Assembly: GCA_038213805.1 (NCBI GenBank)
Contig: JBBQSO010000023.1
Coordinates: 1 to 64,000 of the forward strand
From: Planctomycetota bacterium
GTDB lineage: Bacteria; Planctomycetota; UBA11346
DNA length: 64,000 bases
Direction: 5' to 3'
Shown: in pieces, positions 10,373 through 23,440 of the stretch
Numbering within the stretch: the stretch's first letter is position 1
Layout: each line of letters begins with the position of its first letter
Notes under the pieces: model-generated
The model's database searches: none
Told to the model about the DNA's origin: nothing
The model's input: only the letters and a program-made list of their open reading frames with translations
Made by a program: the position numbers and the translations under genes

Positions 10373-12415
10373 ATGGCCAAACCTTCTACCACCTCTGTGG
10401 CGCGACCGCTGGCGGACCAGGGTGATGCGACCGCCAAGCGCGCACCTGCGGGCAGGCGCGCAACCGCGCCGGTCATAACCACGCTGTCGCTCTGCCACCT
10501 CGCATTTCTGGTGCTGGTCGCGGCCTATCTCTGTACTTTTCACCGCCAGGGTGAGCAGGCGGTGTGGCTGATGGCGGCCGTTGGCGTGATCGGCGAATTG
10601 CTGCCGGGCGCGCTCCGCCGCTGGTTCCTGGCCGAGATCTTGCTCGTGCTGGGCTCGGCGGTCTGCTGGCTGTGGGTCATGCCGCACGGCGTGCCGGATG
10701 CCCTGCACGCCACCCTGGGCATGGCGCTCGCTGACTGGATGCTGGTGCCAAGCCGCCTGGGCATGCTGCGCTGGGTGCTGAGCCTGGCGATTGTCGAGCT
10801 GGTGGTGCAGGGCGCGCGTCCGCACGCCAGCCTCGCCGCGCTCTCCATCATCCCGATCGGACTGGGCGCCCTGGCCGTCGACAGCTGGCTGCTTGGCGCG
10901 CTCACCGCGAAGCGCGGCCTGCGCTTGGCCACGCCGCCGGGGCTGTCGCTGCTACGCTGGGCGCTGATCCCGGCGGCGCTGGCGATGATCGTCGGGATCG
11001 GTGGCGGCGGCGCGGTGGTGCGCCGCAGCATCGCCTACAACGCCGCGCACGATCAGGGGCATGGGCCGCATCCGGGGACCAAGGATCGCAGCATCGCCGG
11101 GCTCGGCGACAGCCTGCACATCGGTGATAGCCAGCGCGTCGATCTCGACCCGCGCGTCGCCGCCCATCTGTTCTGGGAGACCGGAGCGGACCCGAGCGGC
11201 CTGGTGTACCTGCGCGCCCTGGCGCTGTCTGAGCTGACCCTCAACGGCAGCATGCTGTCGTGGCGCGCTGCACACCGCGCCGCCCTGGTGCCGGCGCCGC
11301 CGCCCGCGCATCATCCCGTGCGCTGGGGTAGCATCTGGCGCCTGCCCGGTGGCGGCGACGTCATCCTGCGCCCGGACGGCGGCGAAGCGCTGCAGGACCT
11401 CGCGGACGTGGTCCGCGACGCGGACGGCAACCTTTACAGCCCCGGACTGGGCAATGCCTCGCGTATCTACAAAGCCGACTTCGACGAGGGCCAGATCGAC
11501 GCCGATCCTGCCGAGCTGGCCGAGTACCGCGCCTTCCCCCAGGAGCTCGCAAGCCTGCCCTGGGCCGAGCTCGAGGAGCCGCGCTGGCGCACCATGACGC
11601 CAGAGCGCGCCGCCGACGCGGTGCGCAAGGCGCTGCAGGAGCGCTGCCACTATAGCCTCGTCGATCTGCCATCGCCGGCAGCCGGCGCGGGCGGGGTGAT
11701 CCGCACCTTCCTGTTCGGGCGCGAGCAGGAGCGCATCGGCCACTGCCAGTACTTCGCGACCTCGGCGGTACTGCTGCTGCGCCACGCGGGTCACGTCGCG
11801 CGCTGCGTGGTCGGCTTCGCCTCGGACGAGCTCGACGAGCGCGGCGTGGTCTTCCGCGGCCTGCACGCGCACGCCTGGGTCGAAGTCGTCGACAGCCACG
11901 GCCAGTGGCTGCGCTGCGATCCGACCCCGCCGGCCGGTATGCACCAGCGCGGCCCTCTGGGCATGGGCAATGAGGGCCACGACGACGAGCAGCCGCCGCC
12001 ACCCGTGCAGGTGCCGGTGGCCGACGTCCACACGCCCCAGGCCGCCGCAGAGCGCCAACGCACGCAGATCGTCAGCGCGGCCATGATATGCGCCGGCCTC
12101 GCGCTCGCGTGGTGGCTGCTGCGCCGCCGCCGTGCTATCGATCCGCGCCTCGCCCTGCTCCAGCGCCACACCGAGAACCTCTTCCGCGTGGCGGTGGCGC
12201 TGGGAGTGCCGGTCGGCCCCGCCACCACCCTCACCGAGGTCGCGCACGCGCTGACCGCGTGCACCGGCGTCGTGCTCGACGCGTACCTCGCCGCCCATCT
12301 CGCCGCGCGCTTCGGCGGCGGCCCCCTGCCCCCTCCCTGGCCGATCGACGAGCTGCGCGTCGCCGGGCGGCGCGGGGCGCCTGTCAGCGCGGGGGCAGCT
12401 GGATCTCGGGGGTGA
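10373..12415 (+). CDS. Membrane-bound transglutaminase-like protein (TgpA/DUF3488 type)
   Basis: N-terminal TM bundle. Catalytic triad motifs GHCQYFAT, HAWVEV and DPTP. Start uncertain (10313 or 10373). Confidence 0.9.
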   Translation: MAKPSTTSVARPLADQGDATAKRAPAGRRATAPVITTLSLCHLAFLVLVAAYLCTFHRQGEQAVWLMAAVGVIGELLPGALRRWFLAEILLVLGSAVCWLWVMPHGVPDALHATLGMALADWMLVPSRLGMLRWVLSLAIVELVVQGARPHASLAALSIIPIGLGALAVDSWLLGALTAKRGLRLATPPGLSLLRWALIPAALAMIVGIGGGGAVVRRSIAYNAAHDQGHGPHPGTKDRSIAGLGDSLHIGDSQRVDLDPRVAAHLFWETGADPSGLVYLRALALSELTLNGSMLSWRAAHRAALVPAPPPAHHPVRWGSIWRLPGGGDVILRPDGGEALQDLADVVRDADGNLYSPGLGNASRIYKADFDEGQIDADPAELAEYRAFPQELASLPWAELEEPRWRTMTPERAADAVRKALQERCHYSLVDLPSPAAGAGGVIRTFLFGREQERIGHCQYFATSAVLLLRHAGHVARCVVGFASDELDERGVVFRGLHAHAWVEVVDSHGQWLRCDPTPPAGMHQRGPLGMGNEGHDDEQPPPPVQVPVADVHTPQAAAERQRTQIVSAAMICAGLALAWWLLRRRRAIDPRLALLQRHTENLFRVAVALGVPVGPATTLTEVAHALTACTGVVLDAYLAAHLAARFGGGPLPPPWPIDELRVAGRRGAPVSAGAAGSRG

Positions 12416-12854
12416 TCAGGTCGGGTGGCAGCACCTCGGACGGGTGCGGGCTGACCACGAGTTCGGAGACCACGCGATTGTTGTCGCCCGCCTTAAGCGC
12501 GACCACGCGCACGAAGGCGACGCCGCGCGCGCACGTGATGATGAAGTAGGCGACCTCGGCGCGTGCGCCGAAGCGCCGCACACCGAGTTCGGTCACGCCG
12601 GTAGGCCGACCCAGAAGTTCGAACTGGGCGGCGAACAGCGCGGCATAGCCCGGCACCTGACCCTCGAGCGCGCCGTCGGCGAGGAGGATGCGCGTGCCCC
12701 GCTCCAGCGGCCCGTCCTTGACCCCGGGCGTGGGCGGCTCCTGCATCACCGTCACGGCATCGTGCAGGCGTCGCTCGATGAAGCTGTCGGCCGCGTTGAG
12801 CGGGGCGATGCCGAGGGCGGCGAAGGCAATCAGGGCGGTGAGTTGGCTGGGCAT
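12384..12854 (-). CDS. Hypothetical secreted protein
   Basis: Signal-peptide-like MPSQLTALIAFAALGIAPLNAA, with AGGA upstream. Confidence 0.6.
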   Translation of the reverse strand: MPSQLTALIAFAALGIAPLNAADSFIERRLHDAVTVMQEPPTPGVKDGPLERGTRILLADGALEGQVPGYAALFAAQFELLGRPTGVTELGVRRFGARAEVAYFIITCARGVAFVRVVALKAGDNNRVVSELVVSPHPSEVLPPDLITPEIQLPPR

Positions 12855-12904
12855 GGTTGGTCCTGGCTCAGGGGAGGGAGCGGTGCGGAGCGCGGGTGCA
12901 GCGG

Positions 12905-12925
12905 GATGCGAGATGCGAGATGCGA
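12905..12925. repeat. (GATGCGA)x3 heptamer array, single arm
   Basis: Three exact copies with degenerate copies upstream, in an intergenic region. Confidence 0.7.
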
Positions 12926-13047
12926 GGGGACGGGTTCCGGGTGCGTCAGGTCGCCACGATGATCGCCGTTCCACCGCAGCCTCGATCCACCTGGTCGGTG
13001 GCGGCGGACGATCGTCCCGGAACCGTATCCGGGCGCGACCACGGTCC

Positions 13048-15926
<2,879 letters not shown>

Positions 15927-16101
15927 GCACTTTGACCGTTGCGCATTCCGGGCGCCTTGGGGCCACGGGTACGTCGCTGATCCCCAGGCTTCGGCGTGGT
16001 CGCAGCGACCCTGGGACAGACTGGCCGGTGACCACCGTCCGCGCCGCATGATCTGCGTCACACCGCTTCCCCCCAGGGCCAGGTCGCCGTAGCATCCCGC
16101 C

Positions 16102-18543
16102 ATGCGCCGCTCGCGTTCGCTGCTCACCGCCGTCCTCTGCGCCTGCATCGCTGGTTGCGGGACGCGCAGCACCGCGCAGCTGCAGCCCCTGGCCGAGAGC
16201 GGCGACGCTGTGGCGCAGTACGAGCTCGGCTGCCGCTTGCGCGATGGCGCCGCCGGCGAGCCCGTCGATCCCGCAGGTGCCACGCAGTGGCTGCACCGCG
16301 CCGCCGACCACGACCACGCCGCGGCGCAGGCGGCGCTTGCTGCCTGCTACGCCGACGGCTTCGGCGTGGTCGCCGACCAGGCCGCCGCGACCACCTGGTA
16401 CCACCGCGCCGCCGAACACGGTGGCCCGCGCGCCATCCAGGCCTTTGCCGACCGCCTGGTCGCCGGCGCCGGGATCGCGGCGGACCCGGCGTTGGCGCGG
16501 CTGTGGTACGCTCGCGGCGCGGCCACGGGCGACGCGGACTGCGCGCACCGCCTGGGCGTGCTGCTGTTCGCCGGCGTGGGCGGCCCGCGCGATGCGGTCG
16601 CGGCGGCCGACTGGTTCCGCCGCGCGGCCGACCAGGGGCTGCCCGAGGCGCGCTACCACCTCGCGCTGTGCCTGCAGCGCGGCGACGGCGCGCCGCAGGA
16701 CGCGGCCGCCGCACGTGACTGGTACCACAAGGCCGCTGCACAGGGATATGCCCCGGCGATGACCGCGCTCGCCACCTGTCTGATCGCCGGCACCGGCACG
16801 CCGCGGGATCTGGTCGGTGGCACCCTCTGGCTGCGCCGCGCCGCGGCCCAGGACGACGGCGCGGCGGAATACCGGCTTGGCCAGTGCGCGCGCTCCGGTC
16901 AGGGTCTGGCGCTGGATCCGGGCGCCGCGGCCTGGTGGTTCCGCCGCTCCGCCATGCATGGCGACGCCGACGGCCAGGCCCTGGCGGGCTGGTGCCTGGC
17001 ACGCGGTTTCGGCATCGCCAAGGATCCGGCCGGCGCGGTGCGCTGGTACCGCCTGGCCGCGGCGCAGGGCCACGCCGACGCCAGCTTCTGGCTCGGCCTA
17101 CACCTTGAGCGCGGCGACGGCGTGGCCGCCGATCCGGCCGCCGCTGTGGTAGCCTACCGCCAAGCCGCAGACCAGGGGCTGGCCAAGGCCATGGTCCAGC
17201 TGGGTGTGGCCTGCGAGAACGGCAGCGGCGTGGCCAAGGACGACGTCCAGGCCGCGCACTGGTATGCGCTGGCCGCGCAGGCGGGCGACAGCAACGGCCA
17301 GTACGACCTCGGCATGTGCTACGAACTGGGCCGCGGGTTGGCCAAGGATCCCGTTGCCGCGCTGCGCTGGTACCGCGCGGCTGCAGACCAGGGCGACGCC
17401 GAGGCGCAGTGCGCGGTCGGCTTCGCGTACGACAACGGCAACGGCACTGGGCGCGATGCTGCCGCAGCGGTGGACTGGTACCGCCGCGCCGCCGACCAGG
17501 GGTTCACGCGCGCGATGTTCAACCTCGCGCTGTGTTATGAGGACGGTCGCGGCACCATCCGTGACGGCGCAGCCGCAAGCGCCTGGTACCGCCGCGCCGC
17601 GGCGGCTGGCCACGCGCGCTCGTCCTACCGCCTGGGGGTGTGCGCGGAACGCGGCATCGGCCTGCTACGGCCCGACGCCATCGCGGCGGCGGCCGCTTAT
17701 CGCGTAGCAGCAGAGCAGGACTACGCCGATGCGCAGGCCGCGCTCGGCGGCTGCTACGAAACCGGCCGCGGTGTCACTGTGGACCCGCAAGAGGCAGCGA
17801 CGTGGTACCGCAAGGCCGCCGCGCACCAGCACGCCTGGGCGGAGTACCGACTGGGCATGCTCGCCCGCGAAGGCCAAGGCCAGGACGCCGATCCGGCCGC
17901 CGCGTGGACGTGGTTCGCTGCCTCCGCCGAGCACGGCGAGGCGCAAGGCCAGTTCCAAGCCGGCATCTGCCTCGACATCGGGCGCGGCGTGGCAAAGGAC
18001 GCGGCCAAGGCGCTGGACTGGTACCGCAAGGCCGCGGCGCAGCGCTCCTCGGCCGCTGAGTACATGCTCGGCTGGCACGCCGAACAGGGGATCGGCATGG
18101 CCATCGCCGCCGCTGAAGCAGTCGCCTGGTACGAGAAGGCCGCCGGCCACGGCCACCACGCTGCCATGAACCGCCTGGGTCTGTGCTGCGAGCACGGCAT
18201 CGGACGCGCGGCCGATCCGGTTGCGGCCGCCGACTGGTACAGCCGCGCGGCGGCGCGCGGCGATGCCGACGGCGAGGCCAACCTCGCACGCTGCCAACTT
18301 GACGGCGTGGGCATCGCACGAGACCCCGCGCAGGCCATCCCTCTGCTGCTCAAGGCTGCCGACGCGGGCAGCGAGGATGCGGCTTTCCTGCTGGGCCGCT
18401 GCCACGAGCAGGGCCTGGGCGTACGCGTGGATCACCTCACGGCGCTGCGCTGGTACGGCCAGGCCGCCGAGCACGACCATGGCGAGGCCGCGCAGGCGCT
18501 GGGACGCGTCCGTGAACTGGTGGCACGCGACTGGCAGCCGTGA
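16102..18543 (+). CDS. Sel1-like repeat lipoprotein (about 21 repeats)
   Basis: Lipobox-like IAGC, then a recurring ~36-aa unit A..LG..Y..G.GV..D...A..WY..AA.QG. Confidence 0.92.
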   Translation: MRRSRSLLTAVLCACIAGCGTRSTAQLQPLAESGDAVAQYELGCRLRDGAAGEPVDPAGATQWLHRAADHDHAAAQAALAACYADGFGVVADQAAATTWYHRAAEHGGPRAIQAFADRLVAGAGIAADPALARLWYARGAATGDADCAHRLGVLLFAGVGGPRDAVAAADWFRRAADQGLPEARYHLALCLQRGDGAPQDAAAARDWYHKAAAQGYAPAMTALATCLIAGTGTPRDLVGGTLWLRRAAAQDDGAAEYRLGQCARSGQGLALDPGAAAWWFRRSAMHGDADGQALAGWCLARGFGIAKDPAGAVRWYRLAAAQGHADASFWLGLHLERGDGVAADPAAAVVAYRQAADQGLAKAMVQLGVACENGSGVAKDDVQAAHWYALAAQAGDSNGQYDLGMCYELGRGLAKDPVAALRWYRAAADQGDAEAQCAVGFAYDNGNGTGRDAAAAVDWYRRAADQGFTRAMFNLALCYEDGRGTIRDGAAASAWYRRAAAAGHARSSYRLGVCAERGIGLLRPDAIAAAAAYRVAAEQDYADAQAALGGCYETGRGVTVDPQEAATWYRKAAAHQHAWAEYRLGMLAREGQGQDADPAAAWTWFAASAEHGEAQGQFQAGICLDIGRGVAKDAAKALDWYRKAAAQRSSAAEYMLGWHAEQGIGMAIAAAEAVAWYEKAAGHGHHAAMNRLGLCCEHGIGRAADPVAAADWYSRAAARGDADGEANLARCQLDGVGIARDPAQAIPLLLKAADAGSEDAAFLLGRCHEQGLGVRVDHLTALRWYGQAAEHDHGEAAQALGRVRELVARDWQP

Positions 18544-18676
18544 GCGCGCCGCGCTGAGCGGCGATTGTCAACGATCACCGTACTGAGCCCGACGAGCGTC
18601 GAGCCGCGCGACCCGCATCTGCCAATCTTGTCCAGATGGGCCTGCGGATACAGTCATCGGTCACACGGAGGTGACC

Positions 18677-19708
18677 ATGGGCAGCGACCACACGCTCGAT
18701 AACGAAGCCGGCGAGAGCCTGGCTCAGCGCGCCGCGCCCGGGCGCGCGCTGCGCCCGCACGCAGCAGGCGCCGAAGAGGGTGGCGAGACCACGATGCCAC
18801 ACGCGCTGCGCAGCGACGTGCAGGTCGGCGGCGCTCTCGCCGCCCGGGCCTTCGCCAGCAGCGCGGTCGTGGCAGCCGACGTCGCCGCCGACCACGGCGG
18901 CCCGCTGCCGGTGGCGCACAGCCACATCGATGTCACCGGCATGAATCAGAAGGAGCGCCATGCCGCTGTGGTCATGGACGCCAGCCGCGACCGTCTGGTC
19001 GAACTCGCCAACACCCTCGACCATACCCCGAAGGTCGATCCCCTGGTCTCGGCCAGCGTCCATCAGGCGCTCTCTGACCTCAATGACGGCAAGGTCACCT
19101 TCGGCGAACATTTCGAGCGCGTCGCCGGCTCTGGCGCACCATTCACGCGCTCCACCACGCTGAACGCGCTCAACCGCATGGGCCAGGGCGGCAAGCTTGA
19201 GATCAATCTCGCCGAACTCGATGGCAAGTCGGACGCGGAGCAGGCGGACTACTCGGTGTGGCGCCTGGTCCACGAAGCAGCCCACACCGTCCTGAAAGGC
19301 AAGCACAACGAAGCCGATCCCGCCGGCTGGGGGTTCAAGGAGTCGCAGAGCACCATCCGCGATGAATCCCACGTGCGCTGGATCGTCGATCACGCCTTCG
19401 CCAGCGACATGAAAACGCGCGATGCCAATGCCACCGGCGAGCAGGTCGCGGCCGCGGCCGAGCACGAGGGCATGTGGGACTTCCGCAAAACCATGGCCGC
19501 GGGCAGCGTCGACAAGGCCTTCACCAGTTTCCTGAATACCAAGTCCCCCTACACCACGCGCAGCGGCGATCCCGAGCCCTCGACCAGCGAGATCGAATTC
19601 GTGCTGCGTGACGGCGTGCCGAGCGCGAAGCTCCCCGGCAAGGCGGAGCAGCACGATGGCTTCTGGCGCATCGTCGAACCGGCGGCCCAGGCCCACGGTC
19701 ATCCATGA
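18677..19708 (+). CDS. Hypothetical protein with HEXXH zinc-metallopeptidase-like motif
   Basis: GGAGG RBS before the ATG at 18677. LVHEAAH motif. No signal peptide. Confidence 0.65.
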   Translation: MGSDHTLDNEAGESLAQRAAPGRALRPHAAGAEEGGETTMPHALRSDVQVGGALAARAFASSAVVAADVAADHGGPLPVAHSHIDVTGMNQKERHAAVVMDASRDRLVELANTLDHTPKVDPLVSASVHQALSDLNDGKVTFGEHFERVAGSGAPFTRSTTLNALNRMGQGGKLEINLAELDGKSDAEQADYSVWRLVHEAAHTVLKGKHNEADPAGWGFKESQSTIRDESHVRWIVDHAFASDMKTRDANATGEQVAAAAEHEGMWDFRKTMAAGSVDKAFTSFLNTKSPYTTRSGDPEPSTSEIEFVLRDGVPSAKLPGKAEQHDGFWRIVEPAAQAHGHP

Positions 19709-20271
19709 GGCGCGCCGTCGCACTCGTGCTCGCCTTCATCAGCGTCGGATCCACCGCCTGCACCCACGATTCCCGGGAAAACGCCATGCTCGCCAGCCCG
19801 CACCAGTCCTCCAGCCAGCTCGACGTCGTCAGCGGCCACCTGTTCGGCATCGCGCTCGCCGCGTCCGACGCGCGGACGCAACTGCAGGGCGCCATCCCAA
19901 CGACCACGCCGCATCACGAGGAACGTCGCGACGGCCGCAGCGGCGGGGCCGTGCGCACCTTCCTAGTCGACGTGTTCCCTGAACAGCATGCCGAACTGCA
20001 CTGGTCCACGCCCACCGGTGGTCCGATTGCTCTCGCCTACGTGGACTACCCGACCGATGGCTCCGCAGTCCCGGTGGCCGAGGCACTCGGTCTGGTCACC
20101 ACCACCGACCCTGAGGCGGCGGCTCGCACCTTGGCGGGCACCCCGGGCGTCGGCGCACTGGAACACGCCGATGATGGCATCATTTTCAGCGCGAACGGCT
20201 TCCGCACCCGGCTGCGCTGGAGCGGCGGGCGCATCGTCGCGGCGGTGCTCGCGCGCACGTCCGCACCCTAG
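19705..20271 (+). CDS. Hypothetical exported protein or lipoprotein
   Basis: ATGA-coupled to the upstream gene. Signal MRRAVALVLAFISVGSTAC with a weak lipobox. Confidence 0.65.
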   Translation: MRRAVALVLAFISVGSTACTHDSRENAMLASPHQSSSQLDVVSGHLFGIALAASDARTQLQGAIPTTTPHHEERRDGRSGGAVRTFLVDVFPEQHAELHWSTPTGGPIALAYVDYPTDGSAVPVAEALGLVTTTDPEAAARTLAGTPGVGALEHADDGIIFSANGFRTRLRWSGGRIVAAVLARTSAP

Positions 20272-20459
20272 ACAGCGGTCCGCACCGTCCAGGACGCTGG
20301 ACGATGCCGCTTCCGGTCCGTCGCGGGCCAGCAGACTGCTGGAATGATCTCACGCCTGCAATCGGCCGCGCCAGCGCAGCCACCGTCCCCGCACCGTGAG
20401 GGCGGGCCGTCCCCCTCCTGCGCCACGGCGCTGACGCATCCGGCACCGGAACCGCTCCG

Positions 20460-21125
20460 GTGACCGCGCTGCTCGGCTACGATCTCATCCCACCCTCGGT
20501 GCCCACGGGTCTGCCCTGGTACTGCCTGATCCTGCATGGTCTGGGCGACAGCCGCCATGGCTGGCAGCCGGTCGCGCCGATGCTGAGCCTGCCCCAGCTC
20601 GGCTTCATCTTCGCCGAGGCCCCCAAGGCGTACCACGACGGCTTCAGCTGGTTCGACATCAGCCCGGAATTCGCGCCCGACCCGGACCAGGTGCGCAGCA
20701 GCCGGGCGGCGCTGGTGCGGCTCATCGACCACCTGCTCGACGAGCTCGACCTGCCCAGCGAGCGCCTGTTCATCCTCGGCTTCAGCCAGGGCTGCCTGAT
20801 GACTCTCGACGTCGGCCTGCGCAGCTCCCAGCGCTTCGCCGGCCTGATCGGGATCAGCGGCTTCATGTGCCTGCTCGACGAGTTCCCGGCCGCCTTCACC
20901 CCGGCCACCCGGACGCAGCACCTGCTGCTGACGCACGGGCGCAGCGATCAGCTCATCCCCATCGCCCATACCCGCGCACAGAAGGACCGCCTGGTCGCCC
21001 TGGGCGTGGCGCTGACTTGGCGCGAATACGCCAAGGCCCACCATCTCGACATGCCGCAGGAGCTCGACGACATCCGCGCCTGGCTGCTCGCGCGCATCGC
21101 CACCGGTGCCCGACTTGGCGCTTGA
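20460..21125 (+). CDS. Phospholipase/carboxylesterase (alpha/beta hydrolase)
   Basis: LHGLGDS, nucleophile elbow GFSQG, HGRSD and a C-terminal His. Confidence 0.9.
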   Translation: MTALLGYDLIPPSVPTGLPWYCLILHGLGDSRHGWQPVAPMLSLPQLGFIFAEAPKAYHDGFSWFDISPEFAPDPDQVRSSRAALVRLIDHLLDELDLPSERLFILGFSQGCLMTLDVGLRSSQRFAGLIGISGFMCLLDEFPAAFTPATRTQHLLLTHGRSDQLIPIAHTRAQKDRLVALGVALTWREYAKAHHLDMPQELDDIRAWLLARIATGARLGA

Positions 21126-21179
21126 CCCTTCCGGCGCCGGCAGCACCGTTCCGCCAAAGCTTTTTCCAACGGAGCCCCC

Positions 21180-21296
21180 ATGAGCAAGCAGTACAACAAG
21201 GTCGAGAAACGCCGTCGCCGCGAGCGCCGCAACCGCCGTCAGAAGACTGCGATCAAGGAGAAGCTGGCCGCCGGTGGCAAGAAGAAGAAGGCCTGA
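21180..21296 (+). CDS. Small highly basic protein (38 aa) MSKQYNKVEKRRRRERRNRRQKTAIKEKLAAGGKKKKA
   Basis: GGAG RBS, ATG at 21180, TGA at 21294-21296, host-like codons and a downstream hairpin. Below the ORF-track size cutoff. Confidence 0.7.
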   Translation: MSKQYNKVEKRRRRERRNRRQKTAIKEKLAAGGKKKKA

Positions 21297-21324
21297 TCAA
21301 AGGCCCAACGGCCCAGGCCTCGTG

Positions 21325-21358
21325 GGGCCCCGCACCTGGTGCGGGGCCCGCTTCGTTT
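21325..21358 (+). terminator. Putative intrinsic terminator (possibly bidirectional)
   Basis: Palindrome GGGCCCCGCACC-T-GGTGCGGGGCCC followed by GCTTCGTTT, between convergent genes. Confidence 0.6.
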
Positions 21359-21409
21359 AACCAGGCTTCGGGGCCACGCCGAACCAGTAGGCCCTGGTGG
21401 CCTTGGGGC

Positions 21410-22780
21410 TCACCCCGGCCCTGCCGGGTGCACCCACGGCTGGCGGTAGGGCCGGCGCAGCAGCCCGGTGGCCTCGGCGTCACCGGTCACCTCGCCCTTG
21501 GCCGGATCCCACGCCAGGGTGCGACCGGTGCGCATGGCGAGATTGGCAAGGATGCAGCTGGTGGTCGAGATGTGGCCCTGCTCGATGTCAGCCACCGGCC
21601 GCCCGCGCGTGGCGATGGCGGCGAGGAAGTCGCGCATGTGGCCGCGGATGGCGGGCGCGACGTGGGTCTCGAGGTCCTTCTCGGTGCGGTCCTCGGGATA
21701 CGCATCGAGTTCGTAGGCGACATCGCGGTGGATGGCCTCGCCACCGCCCAGCGGCGTGAAGTCGTAGCCGTTGACGCTGGCCTTGAGCGTGCCCTTGTCG
21801 CCATAGAAGGTCGCCGACCAGGGGTACTTCGGATCACTTGCCGCGCCCCAGGTGCGGTGTTGCCAGATCAGCTGGACGCCGTCGAAATCGAAGTTCGCGG
21901 TCTGGGTGTCGGTGATGTCCGCGCGCGCAGCCTTGTCGATCAGGATGCCACCCATCGAGGACACCCGCCGTGGCCAGCCAAGGCCGAGCATCCAGCGCGT
22001 CATATCAAGCATGTGGATGCACATGTCGCCGACGATGCCATTGCCGTAGGCCGTGAAGGCGCGCCAGCCGCGTGGGTGGACGATACGGTTGTAGGGCAGC
22101 AGCGGCGCGGGCCCGCTCCACATCTCCCAATCGAGGTTGGCCGGCGGCTGCTCGTCGGGCGCGTTGTCGCGGTTGCGCATGTGGTAATAGCTGCACATCT
22201 CGACCAAGCCGACGGTGCCCAGCTTGCCGGCCTGGATGACGCGCTCACGCGCCTCGATGAGGTGCGGTGTGCTGCGCCGCTGCGTGCCGACCTGGACGAC
22301 GCGCTTGGTGCGCCGCGCCGCGGCCAGCATCGCTTCGCCCTCGCGGACGTCGACGCTGATCGGCTTTTGCACGTAGACGTCCGCGCCGGCCTCGACCGCA
22401 GCGATCATCGCCAGGGCGTGCCAGTGATCGGGGGTGGCGATCAGCACCACGTCGAGATCGCGCTCCTTGAGCATCAACCGGTAGTCGGCGTAGGTGCGCG
22501 GTCGCTGCTTCGACGCCTGGCGCAGCGCGACCTGGTCGGCGGCGGCGGACAGCATCTTGGTGTCGACGTCGCAGAGCGACACCACCTGCACCGGCGCCAC
22601 CTGGATGAGGCGCAAGAGGTCGCACTTGCCATACCACCCGCAACCGATCAGGCCGACGCGCAGCGGCTTGCCGCCGGGGCCGCCGTTGGCCCCGGCGTCT
22701 TCGGCCGCGGCGCGCTGGCCCGGAAAGGCGGACCAGGCGAGGCCGGCCGCGCCGGCGATGAGGAGGTCGCGTCGTCTCAT
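21410..22780 (-). CDS. Tat-exported Gfo/Idh/MocA oxidoreductase
   Basis: MRRRDLL Tat motif, GLIGCGWYG, IATPDHWH, QKP, QVGTQRRS and DMCIHMLD. Confidence 0.93.
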   Translation of the reverse strand: MRRRDLLIAGAAGLAWSAFPGQRAAAEDAGANGGPGGKPLRVGLIGCGWYGKCDLLRLIQVAPVQVVSLCDVDTKMLSAAADQVALRQASKQRPRTYADYRLMLKERDLDVVLIATPDHWHALAMIAAVEAGADVYVQKPISVDVREGEAMLAAARRTKRVVQVGTQRRSTPHLIEARERVIQAGKLGTVGLVEMCSYYHMRNRDNAPDEQPPANLDWEMWSGPAPLLPYNRIVHPRGWRAFTAYGNGIVGDMCIHMLDMTRWMLGLGWPRRVSSMGGILIDKAARADITDTQTANFDFDGVQLIWQHRTWGAASDPKYPWSATFYGDKGTLKASVNGYDFTPLGGGEAIHRDVAYELDAYPEDRTEKDLETHVAPAIRGHMRDFLAAIATRGRPVADIEQGHISTTSCILANLAMRTGRTLAWDPAKGEVTGDAEATGLLRRPYRQPWVHPAGPG

Positions 22781-22917
22781 GGCATCTCCCTGTTCTGTGA
22801 GCTTACGGAGCGGACGCCGCGACGTTGCGCGGGCGGGCGCCGGGCGCCAGCGGAACCACGGCCCAGGGCCGGCGCGTGACTCCTCGACAACCCTGGTGAG
22901 GGACCCATCATCCCGCC

Positions 22918-23430
22918 ATGCGCACCCTCCTGCTTGTCACCGCCCTCGCCTTCCTGGCTGGCGCCCCCACCTCAAACCTTAGCGCGGCCGATGCCGCAGT
23001 CCCGGCCGTGGCCGCCACCGTGCCCGCGGTGAACCAGACCCTGCTCGAGCGCTGCATCAGTCTCACCAGCCAGGCCGCGGACTCCGCTCATAAAGGCGCC
23101 GACATCGCCCAGAAGGCTGCCGGCCTGCCATTCGCCGGCGCCAGCGCCAAGACCAACGCCGACGCCGCGGCGACCAAGGCCAACGACGCCAGCGGACTAC
23201 TCAGCGACTTCAAGAACCTGCAGAGCGGTCAGGCCCCCTCCACGACCGGCGCCCTGGCGCAGGCCGCGAGCGGCTCCCTCAACCTCGGCGAGCGTCTCAA
23301 GGGCCTGCCCGGCGCTTCGGTGCTTCAGCAGATCTTCGCGGTACCGGGTCTCGGCGATGCGCTGATCAATAACCTGCCGGTCGACAAGGTGCCGGGATTC
23401 GATGCGATCAAGGGGCTGCTCGGAAAGTGA
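22918..23430 (+). CDS. Hypothetical secreted Ala-rich protein
   Basis: Signal peptide MRTLLLVTALAFLAG..LSAA and host-like codon usage. Confidence 0.7.
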   Translation: MRTLLLVTALAFLAGAPTSNLSAADAAVPAVAATVPAVNQTLLERCISLTSQAADSAHKGADIAQKAAGLPFAGASAKTNADAAATKANDASGLLSDFKNLQSGQAPSTTGALAQAASGSLNLGERLKGLPGASVLQQIFAVPGLGDALINNLPVDKVPGFDAIKGLLGK

Positions 23431-23440
23431 GATTCCTGCA

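Noticed and set aside
9902..10825. Long N-terminal extension of the 9083-10825 ORF
   Set aside because: It overlaps the B-box gene and the opposite-strand transglutaminase. The ATGA-coupled start at 9901 is more plausible.
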